Shown: positions 62,310 through 64,000 of the stretch, piece after piece | Layout: the number at the start of each line of letters is the position of its first letter | Position numbering within the stretch: position 1 is the first letter of the stretch | Assembly (NCBI GenBank): GCA_046582655.1 | Contig: JAYGDX010000027.1 | Coordinates: forward strand, 89,136-153,135 | Length of the DNA stretch: 64,000 nt | Origin: Candidatus Poribacteria bacterium | GTDB taxonomy: Bacteria; Poribacteria; WGA-4E; UBA9662 | Reading direction: 5' to 3' | The notes under the pieces: model-generated | The model's input: only the letters and a program-made list of their open reading frames with translations | What the model was told of the DNA's origin: nothing | Database searches by the model: none | Position numbers and translations under genes: made by a program

Positions 62310-62849
62310 ATGATGTTTGATCAAAGTCTGAATTTTTTGACTTTCGAAGATGATTTTCAGACGGAAAAAGTACTGGCGGGGGAACAGATATGGGAGACTC
62401 TGGCAGTTCAAAGAACATCAATTGTATTTGGAGTTACCGATCAACCATGGGCTCCAGCGGCCTATCGAATCAACAGCATTGTTGTGCAGCTTGAGAAACA
62501 CCTGAGCGATTGGGATACTATTGCTATTGACATTAATGGTAATGCTCGATTGATTAGGCATAATTCGGTAGTTTATCGGCTTCATTGCGTGATACTGCCG
62601 GACACAATAGGCTGCCACTCAAATTTTTTCTACCGTTGTCCTGAATGCAACGGTCATGTTTACCAGTGCAATTGCTTACGGATTTCTGAATTTGCTCAGC
62701 CTAAACCGGAAACAGAGGGAGAGACAAAAAATGTCATTATCTGTCCAAAGTGTGGGGGAAAAATCCAAAAACTGGGGGAAGGTGTTCTTTTCTGTCTGGA
62801 TTGCGACTGGGAAACAGGATTCAATCCTGTTGAAGAACTTGACAATTAA
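62310..62849 (+). CDS. Hypothetical protein with two C-terminal zinc-ribbon-like motifs
   Basis: CPECNG...CNC and CPKCGG...CLDC. Confidence 0.55.
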   Translation: MMFDQSLNFLTFEDDFQTEKVLAGEQIWETLAVQRTSIVFGVTDQPWAPAAYRINSIVVQLEKHLSDWDTIAIDINGNARLIRHNSVVYRLHCVILPDTIGCHSNFFYRCPECNGHVYQCNCLRISEFAQPKPETEGETKNVIICPKCGGKIQKLGEGVLFCLDCDWETGFNPVEELDN

Positions 62850-62985
62850 ATGGGTATTGTTATAGATATGTTAATAGCCTACAATATTTAATACAACTTA
62901 TTCTCAACTATAGAAAGAATGTGGCGCTTGGCAATTGAAGATATTTGGGAGTATTTCGACATCATGATATTAAGGAGTTAAACAC

Positions 62986-63788
62986 ATGAGTAAATTCAAA
63001 TTGGCTTGTCACTTGATCCAGTTTGCTGGCGAACAGAATGAAAACCCCGAAAAGGTATTTCGAGAAGTGGCCGAGGCTGGTTGGGATGGTGTCGAGGGCA
63101 TCGGTATAAGCAGTAGTGATGACCTAATTGATATGGCTACTTTGGCTAGTCGTTTTGGTCTGCATCTTGTCAATGTCGGTGGCATGGGGCTGCCATTGAT
63201 GCAGTTAAGTACAATATTACTCTTGGTAATGATGCTGCAGAGGTTCCAGGACTCGGGCGAAGCGATTGGGGGGGAGATAACCCAACTGAGACCGATTTTG
63301 AACAGGCGGCCCAAACTCTAGATGAGATCCTTGACTTTTGTGACCAGCACAATATAAAGGGATTTCATCACGCACATCTCGGTACTATGATCGAAACGGT
63401 TGAAGATGCTGAACAATTAATGTCAGCAGCACCAAAATTATGGTTGTTGTTTGATACTGGTCATCTCTTGGCCGCAGGAAGTGATCCCATGCAAGTTTTC
63501 GATAAACCGATTTTGCGCAACCGGATTGGACACGTTCATCTGAAAAACTTCCATGCCAATGATCCGCAGAGTTGGAATCATCGTACGCAGAAGTTTGGTG
63601 AACAAGGCCGGTTTGCCGAGTTGGGAGCAGGCAATGTCGGATTGGATGTCGAAGCTGTTTTATCTGCACTGGCCGAGGTGGGCTATGAGGGTTGAGTTTC
63701 AGCTGAGCTGGATCGCCCTTATCCTCCTCGTCCGCCAGCAGAGGCCGCCAAAGTGAATCGTGAATACTTAGTGAGTCTCGGCTATTAG
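62986..63788 (+). pseudogene. Inosose dehydratase (IolE)-like TIM-barrel pseudogene
   Basis: AAGGAG RBS; AEAGWDGVE / HHAHLGTMIET..FDTGH..HVHLK..ELGAG..GYEG*VSAELD, with a frameshift and a stop. Confidence 0.8.
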
Positions 63789-63863
63789 ACTTCTTACAAA
63801 AGCCGCCAAAGTTATCAGTTTGTATTCCTTCGGAACAACATAGAAACAAAAAATAACCTCTTA

Positions 63864-64000
63864 GAGGGTGTCTAAAAACTAAACAGAAATAAGAATATTG
63901 GGCTAAAATCATGGTATGGATAAAAAATACCCCAGTGATATGAGTGATAAGGAATGGGAGATAATCAAAGACGAATTCCCTCGGCTTAAAAAAACAGGTG
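63864..64000 (+). mobile_element. IS5-family element (DUF4096-type transposase), left end, truncated by the window edge
   Basis: TTA|GAGGGTGTCTAAAAACT end; ATG 63916 MDKKYPSDMSDKEWEIIK. Confidence 0.82.

Noticed and set aside
1..64000. CRISPR array, rRNA or tRNA genes
   Set aside because: No regularly spaced repeats, rRNA-like tracts or complete cloverleafs were seen by eye.

Overview
Bacterial chromosomal window with no rRNA, tRNA or CRISPR found. The gene mix (Gfo/Idh/MocA, aldo-keto reductases, sugar-isomerase TIM barrels, ThuA, PhyH, FGE-domain, ceramidase-like and PQQ-propeller proteins) suggests a carbohydrate-degrading heterotroph of the Poribacteria/PVC type; this is inference only. 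About 1-38 kb is mostly intact housekeeping DNA (rpsT, mtaB, rsmE, rpe, fmt, lspA, yggT, proC, yggS, tatAC, amidase, pgeF, dut, Re-citrate synthase, ACP, GlmU-like, nagB) with small IS/MITE scars. About 38-64 kb is an accessory region with selO, several intact genes, many decaying pseudogenes and IS701/IS5 remnants. Two observations stand out. (1) An intact 787-aa IleRS homolog in the ileS position next to lspA has lost HIGH, KMSKS and the editing residues, so it looks like a pseudo-synthetase. (2) A compact three-gene operon (DUF3419/BtaA-like SAM enzyme, heme-oxygenase-like diiron oxidase, GNAT-like acyltransferase) looks like an uncharacterised biosynthetic module. All family calls come from motif recognition by eye; no database search was run.
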